From a virus, in IMG/VR virus record IMGVR_UViG_3300046002_004036, positions 34,084 to 98,083 of that record: 64,000 nucleotides of DNA; one strand, given 5' to 3'. The translations under genes were made by a program, and so were the position numbers. Position 1 is the stretch's first letter; each line of letters begins with the position of its first letter. Shown in pieces: positions 19,810 to 30,919 of the stretch. A model generated the notes under the pieces. It saw only the letters and a program-made list of their open reading frames with translations, was not told where the DNA came from and ran no database searches.

Positions 19810-22800
19810 TTATTGTATCCTTTTAAGTCCCAGCCTTGTTTCAAGGCCTTGATTAAATGAGTGAGATACAGAATGAACAAAATATTTTTGCTGGCTTATA
19901 CCATTTAGAGAATAAGTAAGAGTAATTATGTCTCCAACTTGGATTAAAGGATTACCAAATATACTAAGGTTGGCATCTTTTGAAAAACCTTCAATTCCCA
20001 TTTGTACCAGCTTAAGCATTCTTTGTGCTGCTTGCTTTGACTGTATCCATTCTGAGTCTAGTTGTGCTACTTCTGAGCTATTAGATTGATCAATCAATAC
20101 CTCCAAAATTTCAGGGTCAGAAGGAGCAACAATTTCATGTGTCCAGAGATTTAAGTTAATTGTAAATTGATCAAGGTCATCTGCCTCTTTATGTAAAAAT
20201 ACCATGTTTGATGAATTATTAGCAATTACCATCTTTGCTCTAAATCCTGTGTTAATTGGGGTTGAGTAAGAAAGTGAATATTCATCAATTAACTTTTTTT
20301 GATAATTAGTCTGATCTTCTTTTTCATTTCCTGGAAAATAATACCACATATATTCAACTGGTAACACATCTACTGAAACTGCTGCAGGAGTTGTATATTG
20401 AACATCGTAATAGTTAATTCCAGCTACTTCAGGGCTTGTCTGCATTAAATAAGTAATTGAATTTGAGTATAGTGGTTGACCTTGGACTAAACCATTTAAA
20501 AATTCTCTATCTTGGTAAAAATAACTAACGCTTCTTTCTGTTAATGCTTTTTCTGTTGCATGAATTTCTCTAAGGGCGGCAGGAGAAACTCTTGTTCCCT
20601 GATCAAAATATTCAGGTTCTGGGTGTAGATCTGGAACCATTGTAGGATACATTGATGCATGAAAGCCAAACTTAGTTCCTGTTTGAATGTCATCATCAAA
20701 GTATGGTTTTTGTCTCATACCAGTTAAACCATTTACTTCAGTTGATTTCCAGCCAGAACCTCCAGGATTTGTTGTTACATCATAATCATCTGTTTTAGAT
20801 TCTTGCCATCCAACTATTTCTACGTTGTTTAAAAATATTGATAAAATTATTTTGTTGTTTCCTACGGTACCGCTTTCTCCATCTGAACCATCTGAAGAAG
20901 TTATTGCAACTTTTAAATTAAATGGGTTATCTGTTACATAAGAGTATTCATATTCTTTACCAACCAAAGTTTTTTTAATTATCTTTGAAAAATTATTTAC
21001 GATACTGTTACACTCTCCAGTAACCTCTGACCAAAACATTACACCAGTTGTTACATTTTTTGCTAATAATACATACTTGTATTTTGGTGGATCGTAAAGA
21101 TCTCCTGGTGATTTTGGATTTTCTTGGTTATACCTTACAAGCTCAATAAAATAAGCTTCTGCAGAAGATGTTGTACTTGCCATGTTAAAGAATAGACCAG
21201 CAGAAGCCACAGACTGATCTGGCATATCAAACTTTACAGAATAGGTGTGATAACCTATATCTGTTTCAGTTGTTGGATATATGAGAAGTTTATTATTTAT
21301 ACCAATATCATATATGGTTTCACTAACGTTTATTTTTGAAATGCTTGGCAAAGTACTTTCATTATCATTGTCATCTATTATTGATGTATATCCTGAAGAT
21401 GTTGCTAATGCAAGGGTTGAATCATTAAATCGTTTTTCAGAAAGACTCTTGCTGGCTAAAGTAGTAATTCTTGTATGTGCTGCTGGCACTGTTCCATATA
21501 GTCCACGCTGAACATTTGTAATATTTCCAGTAGGAGTTACTATAACTTCATAGTCAAACGGAACTGTTGCCTCTCCGCCAGAGACATAAGTGCCTGCTGC
21601 TGGATCAATAATTGAAAAAGAAGTATTTGTTCTGCTAGAAATAATTCCATTTATGTTATATGTTTTAGGATTAACTGCAGTGACAATCACTTTTTGTCCT
21701 ACCTTAAAAGTATTTGCTGCCGTATAAACTACTGCGCTTCCGCTTCTAGCAACATTTGTAACAGTTGCATAAGAAGTTTTTAGCCCAACATTATTTTGTT
21801 TAATAAAATTGTTTATTTCCGATTGAAGTTCCGTATCATTTTTTATTGAAACTGTAATTGGACTTTCTCCAAACTTTCCAATCTCATATTCTTTATAAAG
21901 AAATGAAACAATTTCATTTTCAATAAAAGCATAACCACTTGCATCACGATTAAAAGTATGAAAAATGTCTTGAAGATCATTAACATTTATGTTAAACATA
22001 TTTGAATTTTTTTCCATGTTGCTATTTATATAGTTAAACCCAACAGAGTCTATGCTTTGTTGCTGCCATACAACATCATTAGATGTTGCATAAACAAAAG
22101 ATGGAGAATTTTTAACCATTGGGTTTGTAACATTTTGTAAAGAAGGAGATTGTTTAACTTTAGGAATTTGATATCTTAAAGAAATTTTTCCTGGCTTTGC
22201 TTTATTAGAGATAGAAAATCCACCTTGTTTAATGTTAAAGTCTGAGACTGTTAGATTAGATGTGCTTGAAGATAAAATATTATGCAAACTTAAAAATTTC
22301 ATAATTCCATATTCATCAATATATGCTCCAATTTGATAAGCAACAAATATCTTATTAAGTGTGTCTACAATAGTTGAGTCTTTTGAGTTGCAGTAAAAGT
22401 ATGCTAGATCCATTGGATTAGCTTTATTGTTACAAACGTTGTAAAGAGAGTCATAGTCGTAATCTGTAAAACCAGCCAAATCAAGAATATTAGTGATTAC
22501 ATCAAATACGTTTTTTAAGTTAACTACATAATCAGGAACTGGGGTTGATTGGAGATATCTTGAGATATCAAAAGACTGAATAGAAACTGTATCTATATCT
22601 GATTCATCCCAAGAGTCTGAATAAAATACCCCTGCTGGAACATAGGCTGTTGTAGATGTTACGGTATTTGTAGATAAATCAGAGTACTCAAAAAGATTAA
22701 AATTAACATAAAACTTAATATTTTTTCTAAGAATACTTGAAAGCAATGTAGAGGCACTATCGCTTTGACTAGAAAAAACATTAACTATTTCATTATTATA

Positions 22801-24165
22801 TAAAAGTGGTATTGCTGAAAGTGTTATGTTACAACTGTTTGTGTTCATTGAGGAAATAGGCAATAGATTATTTTGTCCGTCTAAGGATTTATCTATTGAT
22901 ATATTTTCAACAAAACTTGATAAATCTACTTCAAGTCTTGGAGAAACCTCAACAAGTTGCATCTTGACTAAATCACTAGTTAAATTAGCATTGTCATAAG
23001 AAGAAAATTCGGATCTGGTTGTTTTTGATATTTGTGATACAGATAATGATGTTAATGACATTGTTTGGCTTATAGACCCAGAACTTGTAAAACTAGGCAT
23101 AGAAGACCACTTTGTTTTTGTCCATTCCGAGCCTGTGTAGTATAGAGTCAATAGACCTGTGGTAAAACTATCTGCGTTAGCTGGCATAGATATGGTTTCA
23201 CTGCCGTCAACACTAATAAAAGAATTATTTACTTTTATTTTTATTGAAGGTATTGTTACTAGTGTATTAAACTTAACAATAATTTTGTTAGTAAGAATAC
23301 CCTTTTCATATTTTGCCGTTATCATATTACTTGTACCATCTGAAACAAAATATTTATAAGCAGAAATGTCTGTTGGTAAAGCACTCTTTAGTGCTGGTAC
23401 TGGGGAAGATGCTAGAAAAAATGACGGCATTTGCGTTATAGAACTTATTGGAGAATATACAGCAGATGTATAACCAGTTATTGTAGGTGAGGTAATTTTT
23501 CTATAATTAGAAGGAAATAAACAATTTATATTTCCAGATGGTACGTATGACTCACCTGGTCTAAAGTATGAGAAAACGCTATCGGTTGGCCAAAAAGATC
23601 CATACTTATAGTCCTCATAAGAGGTTTTGTATACTTCTGGTACCGTAAAATATACTATTGGATTATCAGTTATACCACTTAAAACATTAAAATTAACTCT
23701 ATAAGTAAATGAAGATATAGTATCTCCTGATGCTTGCGATGTTCCAATGTATGTGGTAATTTTAGTCCACCCAAGAGAACTAACTTCTTCTTGGGTTGAT
23801 CCGTATTGACTACTTGTTCCTTCGGCAAAAGCAGTAGCCATAATTGGCATAGAGTTATTTGTTTTTACATAGGTAATTATTTTATATGCTTTACCGCCAT
23901 TAGCAGTAACAGAATATTGTAAAAAACCTTGTCCACTTGACATTGTAAATTTTTTAGTTGTAAAGTTAGGTTTTGATTCACCTGTGGTTGCAGAAGCTAG
24001 GGTACCCGTAGAAGAAGGCGATGTTAAGCTCATTGCTGTAATATCACCTGCAATAGTTACATAAGGTGGATTAAATAAGTTATGATTCCACTCAGCAGAA
24101 ACTACGGGGACTAAACCAATTGAATCAGAATCATTAAAGATTGCAGAGTTAATGTTATCTAACAC
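19810..24165 (-). CDS. Large minor tail / tail-tip protein
   Basis: 1451 aa, two genes downstream of the tape measure; C-terminal GNPLIQVGDII motif. Confidence 0.8.
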   Translation of the reverse strand: MLDNINSAIFNDSDSIGLVPVVSAEWNHNLFNPPYVTIAGDITAMSLTSPSSTGTLASATTGESKPNFTTKKFTMSSGQGFLQYSVTANGGKAYKIITYVKTNNSMPIMATAFAEGTSSQYGSTQEEVSSLGWTKITTYIGTSQASGDTISSFTYRVNFNVLSGITDNPIVYFTVPEVYKTSYEDYKYGSFWPTDSVFSYFRPGESYVPSGNINCLFPSNYRKITSPTITGYTSAVYSPISSITQMPSFFLASSPVPALKSALPTDISAYKYFVSDGTSNMITAKYEKGILTNKIIVKFNTLVTIPSIKIKVNNSFISVDGSETISMPANADSFTTGLLTLYYTGSEWTKTKWSSMPSFTSSGSISQTMSLTSLSVSQISKTTRSEFSSYDNANLTSDLVKMQLVEVSPRLEVDLSSFVENISIDKSLDGQNNLLPISSMNTNSCNITLSAIPLLYNNEIVNVFSSQSDSASTLLSSILRKNIKFYVNFNLFEYSDLSTNTVTSTTAYVPAGVFYSDSWDESDIDTVSIQSFDISRYLQSTPVPDYVVNLKNVFDVITNILDLAGFTDYDYDSLYNVCNNKANPMDLAYFYCNSKDSTIVDTLNKIFVAYQIGAYIDEYGIMKFLSLHNILSSSTSNLTVSDFNIKQGGFSISNKAKPGKISLRYQIPKVKQSPSLQNVTNPMVKNSPSFVYATSNDVVWQQQSIDSVGFNYINSNMEKNSNMFNINVNDLQDIFHTFNRDASGYAFIENEIVSFLYKEYEIGKFGESPITVSIKNDTELQSEINNFIKQNNVGLKTSYATVTNVARSGSAVVYTAANTFKVGQKVIVTAVNPKTYNINGIISSRTNTSFSIIDPAAGTYVSGGEATVPFDYEVIVTPTGNITNVQRGLYGTVPAAHTRITTLASKSLSEKRFNDSTLALATSSGYTSIIDDNDNESTLPSISKINVSETIYDIGINNKLLIYPTTETDIGYHTYSVKFDMPDQSVASAGLFFNMASTTSSAEAYFIELVRYNQENPKSPGDLYDPPKYKYVLLAKNVTTGVMFWSEVTGECNSIVNNFSKIIKKTLVGKEYEYSYVTDNPFNLKVAITSSDGSDGESGTVGNNKIILSIFLNNVEIVGWQESKTDDYDVTTNPGGSGWKSTEVNGLTGMRQKPYFDDDIQTGTKFGFHASMYPTMVPDLHPEPEYFDQGTRVSPAALREIHATEKALTERSVSYFYQDREFLNGLVQGQPLYSNSITYLMQTSPEVAGINYYDVQYTTPAAVSVDVLPVEYMWYYFPGNEKEDQTNYQKKLIDEYSLSYSTPINTGFRAKMVIANNSSNMVFLHKEADDLDQFTINLNLWTHEIVAPSDPEILEVLIDQSNSSEVAQLDSEWIQSKQAAQRMLKLVQMGIEGFSKDANLSIFGNPLIQVGDIITLTYSLNGISQQKYFVHSVSHSFNQGLETRLGLKRIQ

Positions 24166-24671
24166 TAGATCTCCGTAAATTCAATACTTATATCTACATA
24201 GTCTGCTACTGAGGTTCTTTTTGAAAGAGTCTTTGAAAATGAGGTTATAAAAACACTATATGTTCTAGATCCCGTTGCATTTGTCGTAGATGTTTCTGTG
24301 TACGCCGTTTTAAAATTAGTGCCAGATTCGTCTGGAATTGCACCTAGAGCAGGGTCTGCATTAAGTTTAGATTCAATAACCTTAACATATATTGGGATCC
24401 CAGCGTTAGCATTATAAAATGATTCCATCCAAGCAGCGCCTTTATTGCCGTCTGCTGTCTCTGCTGTCTTTGTAGGCAAAAATGTCCAAGAAGTTGAAAT
24501 GTTATGTTTTTTAGCAACTACATATTTTCTCATAGCACCATTGGCCATACGAGATGATGACTCAATTAGATCCACGTCTATCTGGATAGGTTCTCTATTA
24601 TGGTCTGTTAGTTTGTACCAAGTTGATCCATTTAAGGATACCTGTATACCTGCTTGAATTTTATATACCAT
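24165..24671 (-). CDS. Distal tail protein-like
   Basis: Immediately follows the tape measure; RMANGAMRKY; ends with EFTEI. Confidence 0.7.
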   Translation of the reverse strand: MVYKIQAGIQVSLNGSTWYKLTDHNREPIQIDVDLIESSSRMANGAMRKYVVAKKHNISTSWTFLPTKTAETADGNKGAAWMESFYNANAGIPIYVKVIESKLNADPALGAIPDESGTNFKTAYTETSTTNATGSRTYSVFITSFSKTLSKRTSVADYVDISIEFTEI

Positions 24672-27600
24672 TACATCATCACCGCATTTGATTTATTATT
24701 TTTTGAGGTTTCAAGTTTAAGTTTTCTAATTACTTGGTTTGCTATTTCACTTGGATTTGAACTTCCACCATTTATAGTCATATCAATATTATACACTGCT
24801 CCACCCATTGAAGTGCTTGAATTTGATGTACCAACCTTTTGATTGTTAATTGCATCCATAAATCCAACACCATAGTTTTTAACTGAATCTGCTTTTACTA
24901 TATATTCTCCATTAGATACACGAAGTTGTGGTAGTCCACCACTTGCAAATCTAGCAGCGATTGAGTCTGATGTTCCCGTGCCTGGACCTTTAATAAGACC
25001 ACCCATGTAGTTGCCTTTTGCTTTTGCTTTATTTAATGCTGTTTCTGCATTAGTAACTCTTGCTCCAGCAGTTAATTCTGAGATTCTATTTTCTAGATCT
25101 GTTATTTTTTTATCAAGTGCAATAGATGCTGTTTCTTTATTAAATTCTGCTCTTTGGAATGATTTTTGTTGATCAATTATTGCAGCACCAATATAGTTAC
25201 CTGAAATTTTTGCTTGAACTGCCTCTTGTTGCAATTGCATTAATTTTTGTTGATACTCATATTCACGTTTTACTTCGTCGGCAGATTCTTTAGATGCATC
25301 TCTAATTTTCTTTTTTTGCACAAGCTCTTGTTGAAGTCTAGCAATTGTAAGCTTTGCTTGTTTAGAAAGCACATCAGTATTTGTTCCACCAGCGCTGCCG
25401 CCGTCTTCAATACCGCCAAACATCTCTGCTAAAGTTTTTTGAGTTTGATCATACAATTCTTTAAAATCTTTTGATTTTGCGTATGCTTCAATTTGTTTAG
25501 CTAGGCTAGTTTTTCTCATTAAATTGTTTTTTTCAGCAAATGATCTAACTGCTGGAATACGAATATTGCCTTTTTCGTCACGCTCTATAGGTGTTGTTTG
25601 CATTACAGCATTTGCTAACATTATTTGTCCAGCACTTAATTTTGCCGCTAGTCCTGCAGATTTGTAGACTTCTTTAATTTGATTAAGTCTATCAATAGCA
25701 TCTTTATTTCCACTATTATTTATTGCAGTACTAAGTGCAATAACTCCAATTTTTGCATTAAGCGAAGAAGCATTTACTCCGTCTATTCTTTGTTTCATTT
25801 GATCAAAAGTAAGTGATCCATTACTAGTAATACTAAATATATTTAACAATTGATCTGCAAATGCTTTTTGTACTGCAGTTAATTCTTTATATGATTTTGC
25901 AAATTCTCCTGCAACATTTACATTATATAAAAATGAATCACCATTTTTTTGAATTAAAGTATCAAGTTTGTTTAAACTTTTAGTTGTAGCTGTTTGAGCA
26001 TCAACAACATCTTTAGAAACAGACTGCCAAACCGCTCCAAAATCTTTTGTTCTGTTCGCAGCGGCAAGTAAAACTTGTACATATTGTTGTGCATTTTTTG
26101 GATCAAGTCCACCAGTTGCAATTGCTGAAGTAACTTGTGATCTAATTGAACCTGTAACACTTTGTAGATCAGACTTATTAGATGATATATTTTTAATAAA
26201 TTTTGATATTGGGTCATCTTCTGGAAGTGCTTTAATAGAAGCAACCATATTTTGAATTTCTGGAGAAAGAAAACCTAAAGAATCTTTAAGGGTTTTTGAA
26301 GAATCGGTAATACTAGTTATTTTTAAACTAGTGTCTAAAGCAGTATCGCCAAACATTTTAATAACTTCTGTACTTGCTGTAAAAGTTGCTTTTACTGTAG
26401 CATCATGTTCTTTTTCTTTTGATATAAGTGTAACTAGTGCAGAAGAAACTAATCCTATTGCAGCCCCTGCTGCAGTACCCCAGGGACCAAAAAGCATACC
26501 CATATTAGCACCAGTCATGGTAGATTGAATAACTCCTTTACCAGCAAAGTCTGGCATGGATCCAAGTGCCATGTTTGCACCAAGGAGGCCAAGACCTCCA
26601 CCAAGTCCTCCAACCCTACCCATTCCTCCACGCATTCTTCCTGCTACTGAAGTGTTTTGTGCTTGTGGTCTAGGGATTACTGATAATTCTTGTGTTCCCG
26701 CAGGAATTATAGGACCAATTGGGGCAGGGCCTTGTCCTCTTGTTGCACGTCGTGCTCCAGTTCTGGTTCCATTTACTGCTGTTGAACTTAATTGTTCTGC
26801 TTGTGTCTTAACATTCTTTTTACGCTTTTTCATTCCAACTTCAAGGCCACGAGCAATGTCTTCACCAATTGGAATTGTTTTTTTAGAAGGAGATGCAGTA
26901 CCTGCTGCTTTAGCTGCAGATTTAATTGCGCCATTTGAAATTTCTGCTGCTTGCCCGTTCATAACTTGTGCAGCTTTTGATACAGATCCTGAAGCCATTG
27001 GATTAGCTTGCAAAGATGCAATGTCTGTCATCTGTGGTTTAAATACGTGACCCATCTGTAAATCTGCTGCAGAGTTTCCAGTCATTCTTTCATATAGAGT
27101 TTTAACTCCAGGTCTGATTGCTGTGTAAGACCTTGTTCCAAATAGTTTAGTTTGAAAAGCTCCTCTTCTTCCACGAGATGGGTTTGTTTCTCCAGGTTTT
27201 CTTGCCTCTGTAGGAATTGTTCCATATACATCTGGATCTAATCCAAAAGTTTTTCTTACAACTCCTCGTTCTGCCTCAGATGCTATCTGGTTAACTTCTT
27301 TTTCTACCGTTTGTCCTGCATTTGTCCAAGCGCTAGCAAATCTTTCATTACTATCTTTTATGTCTTTATATGTTGTATCAAGATCTAAGTTTAATTTATC
27401 AACAAAAGACTTAGTAAGGTTTTCGTATTCTTTTGCAATAGGATCAAATTTTCCTACACGTATATTTGATTGTGTTGGAGCAATTCCTCTTGACTCACCA
27501 ATTCTTGCTATTAGGTTTGATAAAACAGAAGGGACGTCTGTTGCTCCTGCTTTTTGTTTCATATTTTCTGTTTTGTTTTGTAGTCTCATTGCAAATTCTG

Positions 27601-29767
27601 GAAATATTGGAATTTTTCCATTTGCAAAACCTGGAATATTTCCAGCAACTAGTCCTGCAACCATTCCTGGATATTTTTTTACACTTGCTGCTGGTATTAC
27701 TGCTTCACCATTTGAAACCATTGCTGGAATAGAATCTGAAGTACCATTTCCTGGACCAGTGATAATTCCACCATTTGCAAGTTTTCTTGGAATTCTCATC
27801 ATTCCAGGATTGATCGCTGCAAACCTTGCTCCTGCTGCTGCTGCTGATTGATATGCAGCAATAAGTTTATTTAATTCTGCAGTCTCAACTGTAAATTGTT
27901 GTGTGAGTCTTGCATGTGACTGATTAAGTGAATGTGCTGCGGCAGCTGCTTCTAGTTGCTCGGTTGTCATGTACTGTGTTTGTTCACCAAGATTTTTTGA
28001 TTGCCCTGTTAAATTTTGATAACCAGTACGAAGTGTTAAGAATAATTTCATTATATTTGCAACACCGTTTGCAAGTAAACCAAAAGTCATAAGTAGTATT
28101 GGTCCAAGACCACCAATAACAGTTACCATTACGGTAATTGCTTTTTTAGTTCCATCGGAAAGATCTGCAAATCTGCTTGCAATTTTTGAAACAAAGTCAA
28201 GAACAGGAGTTACTGCTTCTAGAAATGCTTGTCCTACTGGAATTATTGCAGCCTTAAGATCTTCAACAGATTTTTTAAATTTATTCATTGATGAATTGGC
28301 TGTAATGCCTAATTCTTTATTTGATAAAGATGCAAGTTCTTGTACCGATGATCCTGCTAAATCTAAAACTCTAGAAGCTTGTGTTCCATCTTTAGTTACG
28401 TTTTGAAATAATGTAGACAAACGAGCAAACTGAAATTTACCAAACATCTGTTCAATGGCTCTGGCCCTCTGTAAAGGTGCAAGAGTATCAAGTGCTTGAG
28501 CAAAACCAATTACAGTAGCTTTTAGATCGCCTTTGTTATTTTCTACAATACCATTAATATCAATGCCCAGTCCCTGAAACATTGCTCTTGCTTTTGTACT
28601 TGGATTAATTAATGATGCAAGGCCAGACTTAAGTGCGTTAGCTCCTTCTGATGCATTTACTCCGCCTTCTTTCATAGCAGTGAGGAAGAATGCTAAATCT
28701 TTTACATCTCCACCAAGTTGCTGAATAATTGGTGCAACTTTTGGAATTGCAATTGTTACGTCGTCAAGAGATAAAACAGTCTGGTTTTCTACTGCGTTAA
28801 GAAAATCAATGCTATTGGCAAGATTGGCACTTGAAGTTCCAAATGCATTTTGTAAAGAAATTGTAGTTTGAAGAGCCTGTTGATTATCAATTTGTCCAAG
28901 GACCGATAGTCTTGTTGCTTCTGTTGTCTGGCGTTGTAGATCTAGCCCTTTAAAGCCTGCTGCAGCCGCATCAGCGGCCAAACCAACAGTATCTGCAACT
29001 GCTATACCATATTTAGTAAACTCGCTTGCAAGGGCCTGTACGTCTGCTAGAGCTTGTTGTGTTTCTTCTTGTGGAGTAAATAAATCTCCATATACCTTTT
29101 TAAATTTAAGTGCTTGTGCTTCCATCTTCATAAAGGCTTGGGATGCAGCAGAGCCAACAGCCATAAGTGGCAGGGTAAAACCAACCATTAACTGACGTCC
29201 AGCCCACTGTGTATTTTTACCAAAGTTTAATAGATTAGTTGAACCTTGCTTCATTAGCTGATTAAACAGTGCTTGTTTCTGTGCAGCAATTTGAGTCTGT
29301 GTTGCAAAGTTACCCATATCTAACTGATTAGGAATAATAGCAATAGCTTTCATTACTCCAGAAGCATCTCTGCCCATCTTAATGTATTGGGTTTGAAGTT
29401 TCTTTACCCGATCTTCTGCTACCTTGCCAATTGTGTCATACTCTGATTTAAATAATCTACCAAATGTTTTTGTAGATGCTCCAGCATAACGGAAATATTC
29501 TCGCATTGAGAACTTGTTCTTTTCAAGAGAGCTAGTAAAAGACTCTGATGTTGTTTTTACATTGCGGAGTTCTGCAGAAAAAGATCCAATAGCATTTACG
29601 CTACTAAGAAAATTTCTCTGCAGATCCCTTTGTGCAAGTGCTGCTGCTGAACTTGATTTAGCTATTGAAGAGTGAAACTGAGATATCTGACGTTGTAGGT
29701 CCTTAAGTTGGCCCAATGCTTTGGACGTGTCAATATTTACGCCAATATTAGCATTTACATCAGCCAT
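24671..29767 (-). CDS. Tape measure protein
   Basis: 1698 aa, Ala-rich and helical; TP901-like core; hydrophobic Gly-rich segments; two GPGxGTSDSI motifs. Confidence 0.95.
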   Translation of the reverse strand: MADVNANIGVNIDTSKALGQLKDLQRQISQFHSSIAKSSSAAALAQRDLQRNFLSSVNAIGSFSAELRNVKTTSESFTSSLEKNKFSMREYFRYAGASTKTFGRLFKSEYDTIGKVAEDRVKKLQTQYIKMGRDASGVMKAIAIIPNQLDMGNFATQTQIAAQKQALFNQLMKQGSTNLLNFGKNTQWAGRQLMVGFTLPLMAVGSAASQAFMKMEAQALKFKKVYGDLFTPQEETQQALADVQALASEFTKYGIAVADTVGLAADAAAAGFKGLDLQRQTTEATRLSVLGQIDNQQALQTTISLQNAFGTSSANLANSIDFLNAVENQTVLSLDDVTIAIPKVAPIIQQLGGDVKDLAFFLTAMKEGGVNASEGANALKSGLASLINPSTKARAMFQGLGIDINGIVENNKGDLKATVIGFAQALDTLAPLQRARAIEQMFGKFQFARLSTLFQNVTKDGTQASRVLDLAGSSVQELASLSNKELGITANSSMNKFKKSVEDLKAAIIPVGQAFLEAVTPVLDFVSKIASRFADLSDGTKKAITVMVTVIGGLGPILLMTFGLLANGVANIMKLFLTLRTGYQNLTGQSKNLGEQTQYMTTEQLEAAAAAHSLNQSHARLTQQFTVETAELNKLIAAYQSAAAAGARFAAINPGMMRIPRKLANGGIITGPGNGTSDSIPAMVSNGEAVIPAASVKKYPGMVAGLVAGNIPGFANGKIPIFPEFAMRLQNKTENMKQKAGATDVPSVLSNLIARIGESRGIAPTQSNIRVGKFDPIAKEYENLTKSFVDKLNLDLDTTYKDIKDSNERFASAWTNAGQTVEKEVNQIASEAERGVVRKTFGLDPDVYGTIPTEARKPGETNPSRGRRGAFQTKLFGTRSYTAIRPGVKTLYERMTGNSAADLQMGHVFKPQMTDIASLQANPMASGSVSKAAQVMNGQAAEISNGAIKSAAKAAGTASPSKKTIPIGEDIARGLEVGMKKRKKNVKTQAEQLSSTAVNGTRTGARRATRGQGPAPIGPIIPAGTQELSVIPRPQAQNTSVAGRMRGGMGRVGGLGGGLGLLGANMALGSMPDFAGKGVIQSTMTGANMGMLFGPWGTAAGAAIGLVSSALVTLISKEKEHDATVKATFTASTEVIKMFGDTALDTSLKITSITDSSKTLKDSLGFLSPEIQNMVASIKALPEDDPISKFIKNISSNKSDLQSVTGSIRSQVTSAIATGGLDPKNAQQYVQVLLAAANRTKDFGAVWQSVSKDVVDAQTATTKSLNKLDTLIQKNGDSFLYNVNVAGEFAKSYKELTAVQKAFADQLLNIFSITSNGSLTFDQMKQRIDGVNASSLNAKIGVIALSTAINNSGNKDAIDRLNQIKEVYKSAGLAAKLSAGQIMLANAVMQTTPIERDEKGNIRIPAVRSFAEKNNLMRKTSLAKQIEAYAKSKDFKELYDQTQKTLAEMFGGIEDGGSAGGTNTDVLSKQAKLTIARLQQELVQKKKIRDASKESADEVKREYEYQQKLMQLQQEAVQAKISGNYIGAAIIDQQKSFQRAEFNKETASIALDKKITDLENRISELTAGARVTNAETALNKAKAKGNYMGGLIKGPGTGTSDSIAARFASGGLPQLRVSNGEYIVKADSVKNYGVGFMDAINNQKVGTSNSSTSMGGAVYNIDMTINGGSSNPSEIANQVIRKLKLETSKNNKSNAVMM

Positions 29768-29789
29768 GCATCACCTCTTTTAAGTTTTA

Positions 29790-30110
29790 TTATTCAAATG
29801 CAAGAGTGTTTGCTACAGATCCAAGTTCAATTCCTGATGCTGCTTCAACAATCTTATAGACCGTAGGAAGATCAAGAATTTCTTCAAGTGCTTCCAAGTC
29901 TTTTGCCAATTCTGGCTTGTACTGCTGCATAGCAATTTGAACACACTCAACAAGAAGAGTCATTGACTTTTCATTGTTATCCGCCACCGCTGCTACTCCT
30001 TCAAACTTCTTCATGAACGGGCGAAGCAAAGAAATTTTAAGAGGTCTAACCTCAATCTTTGTCCCATCAATGAGAGTAAGTTCGTTCCCCTCGTGTACTT
30101 TTGTTGCCAT
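29790..30110 (-). CDS. Tail assembly chaperone, short (G-like)
   Basis: Between major tail and tape measure genes; GGAGG RBS and its own TGCTATAAT promoter. Confidence 0.8.
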   Translation of the reverse strand: MATKVHEGNELTLIDGTKIEVRPLKISLLRPFMKKFEGVAAVADNNEKSMTLLVECVQIAMQQYKPELAKDLEALEEILDLPTVYKIVEAASGIELGSVANTLAFE

Positions 30111-30137
30111 TCGTTCCTCCTATGTAGGCTTAGTCAA

Positions 30138-30842
30138 TTATAGCATAACGGAGGGGTCTCTAGCGTCTTCATAATCAAGACCCATGTTAATTCCAAAACC
30201 TGCAGATGATGCTTTAGGTCCTTGAAAAGATAGAATATCATTTGAATCATTTGTTTGACCTTGGCTAAATACTCTAGCCTTCATGTCTTCCCATTGCTTT
30301 TGTCCTTTATCTTGTTCTCCTTCAAGGTCAACTCCTTGAATGGCTGCCAAGAATTTCTTTTCCTCATAATCTAATTCTCTTTTGCTTTCTATGGTTGCCA
30401 GTAGTTCGGGCATAGAAAGAGATATTTCTAGTTCACGATAGTCTTTCCATATGCCCAATAAAAAAACTTCGGACTCTAATTTAGCAAGATCAAATGTATC
30501 CCAAGTTACTCCATTTTCTACTGCTTGATCTTTTACTGCTTCTTCTGATTTATTGTTTATTTTTATACCGCCTGCAATATCTAAAACCTCATATATGTTT
30601 GGAAGGTCAAGGTTGTCCTCAAGGTCTTCAGTACTTCTAGATATAGAAGGATAATATTGTTTCATGGCTATTCTTGCACATTCTGCTAATAAGCCAATTG
30701 CTTCATCATCATTTTTAGCAGTACGAACTAACTGAAAAGCATCCATAAACTCACGAAGGTATTTTATCTTTAAAGGCATTGCCTCAATTTCTCTACCATC
30801 AATGAGTTTAATTATTTTGTTATTATATATTTTTGTAGCCAT
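30138..30842 (-). CDS. Tail assembly chaperone, long (GT-like)
   Basis: N-terminal half is paralogous to 29790..30110 and is followed by an in-frame C-terminal extension; start moved to MATKIY. Confidence 0.8.
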   Translation of the reverse strand: MATKIYNNKIIKLIDGREIEAMPLKIKYLREFMDAFQLVRTAKNDDEAIGLLAECARIAMKQYYPSISRSTEDLEDNLDLPNIYEVLDIAGGIKINNKSEEAVKDQAVENGVTWDTFDLAKLESEVFLLGIWKDYRELEISLSMPELLATIESKRELDYEEKKFLAAIQGVDLEGEQDKGQKQWEDMKARVFSQGQTNDSNDILSFQGPKASSAGFGINMGLDYEDARDPSVML

Positions 30843-30867
30843 AGAATTCAATTTTATCATATAGAAA

Positions 30868-30896
30868 CAACAAAACCCACTATTTTCATAGTGGGC
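30868..30896 (-). terminator. Intrinsic terminator after major tail gene
   Basis: GCCCACTAT-GAAA-ATAGTGGGT followed by TTTGTT. Confidence 0.8.
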
Positions 30897-30919
30897 TAAG
30901 TCGTATAATTTATGTTAAA

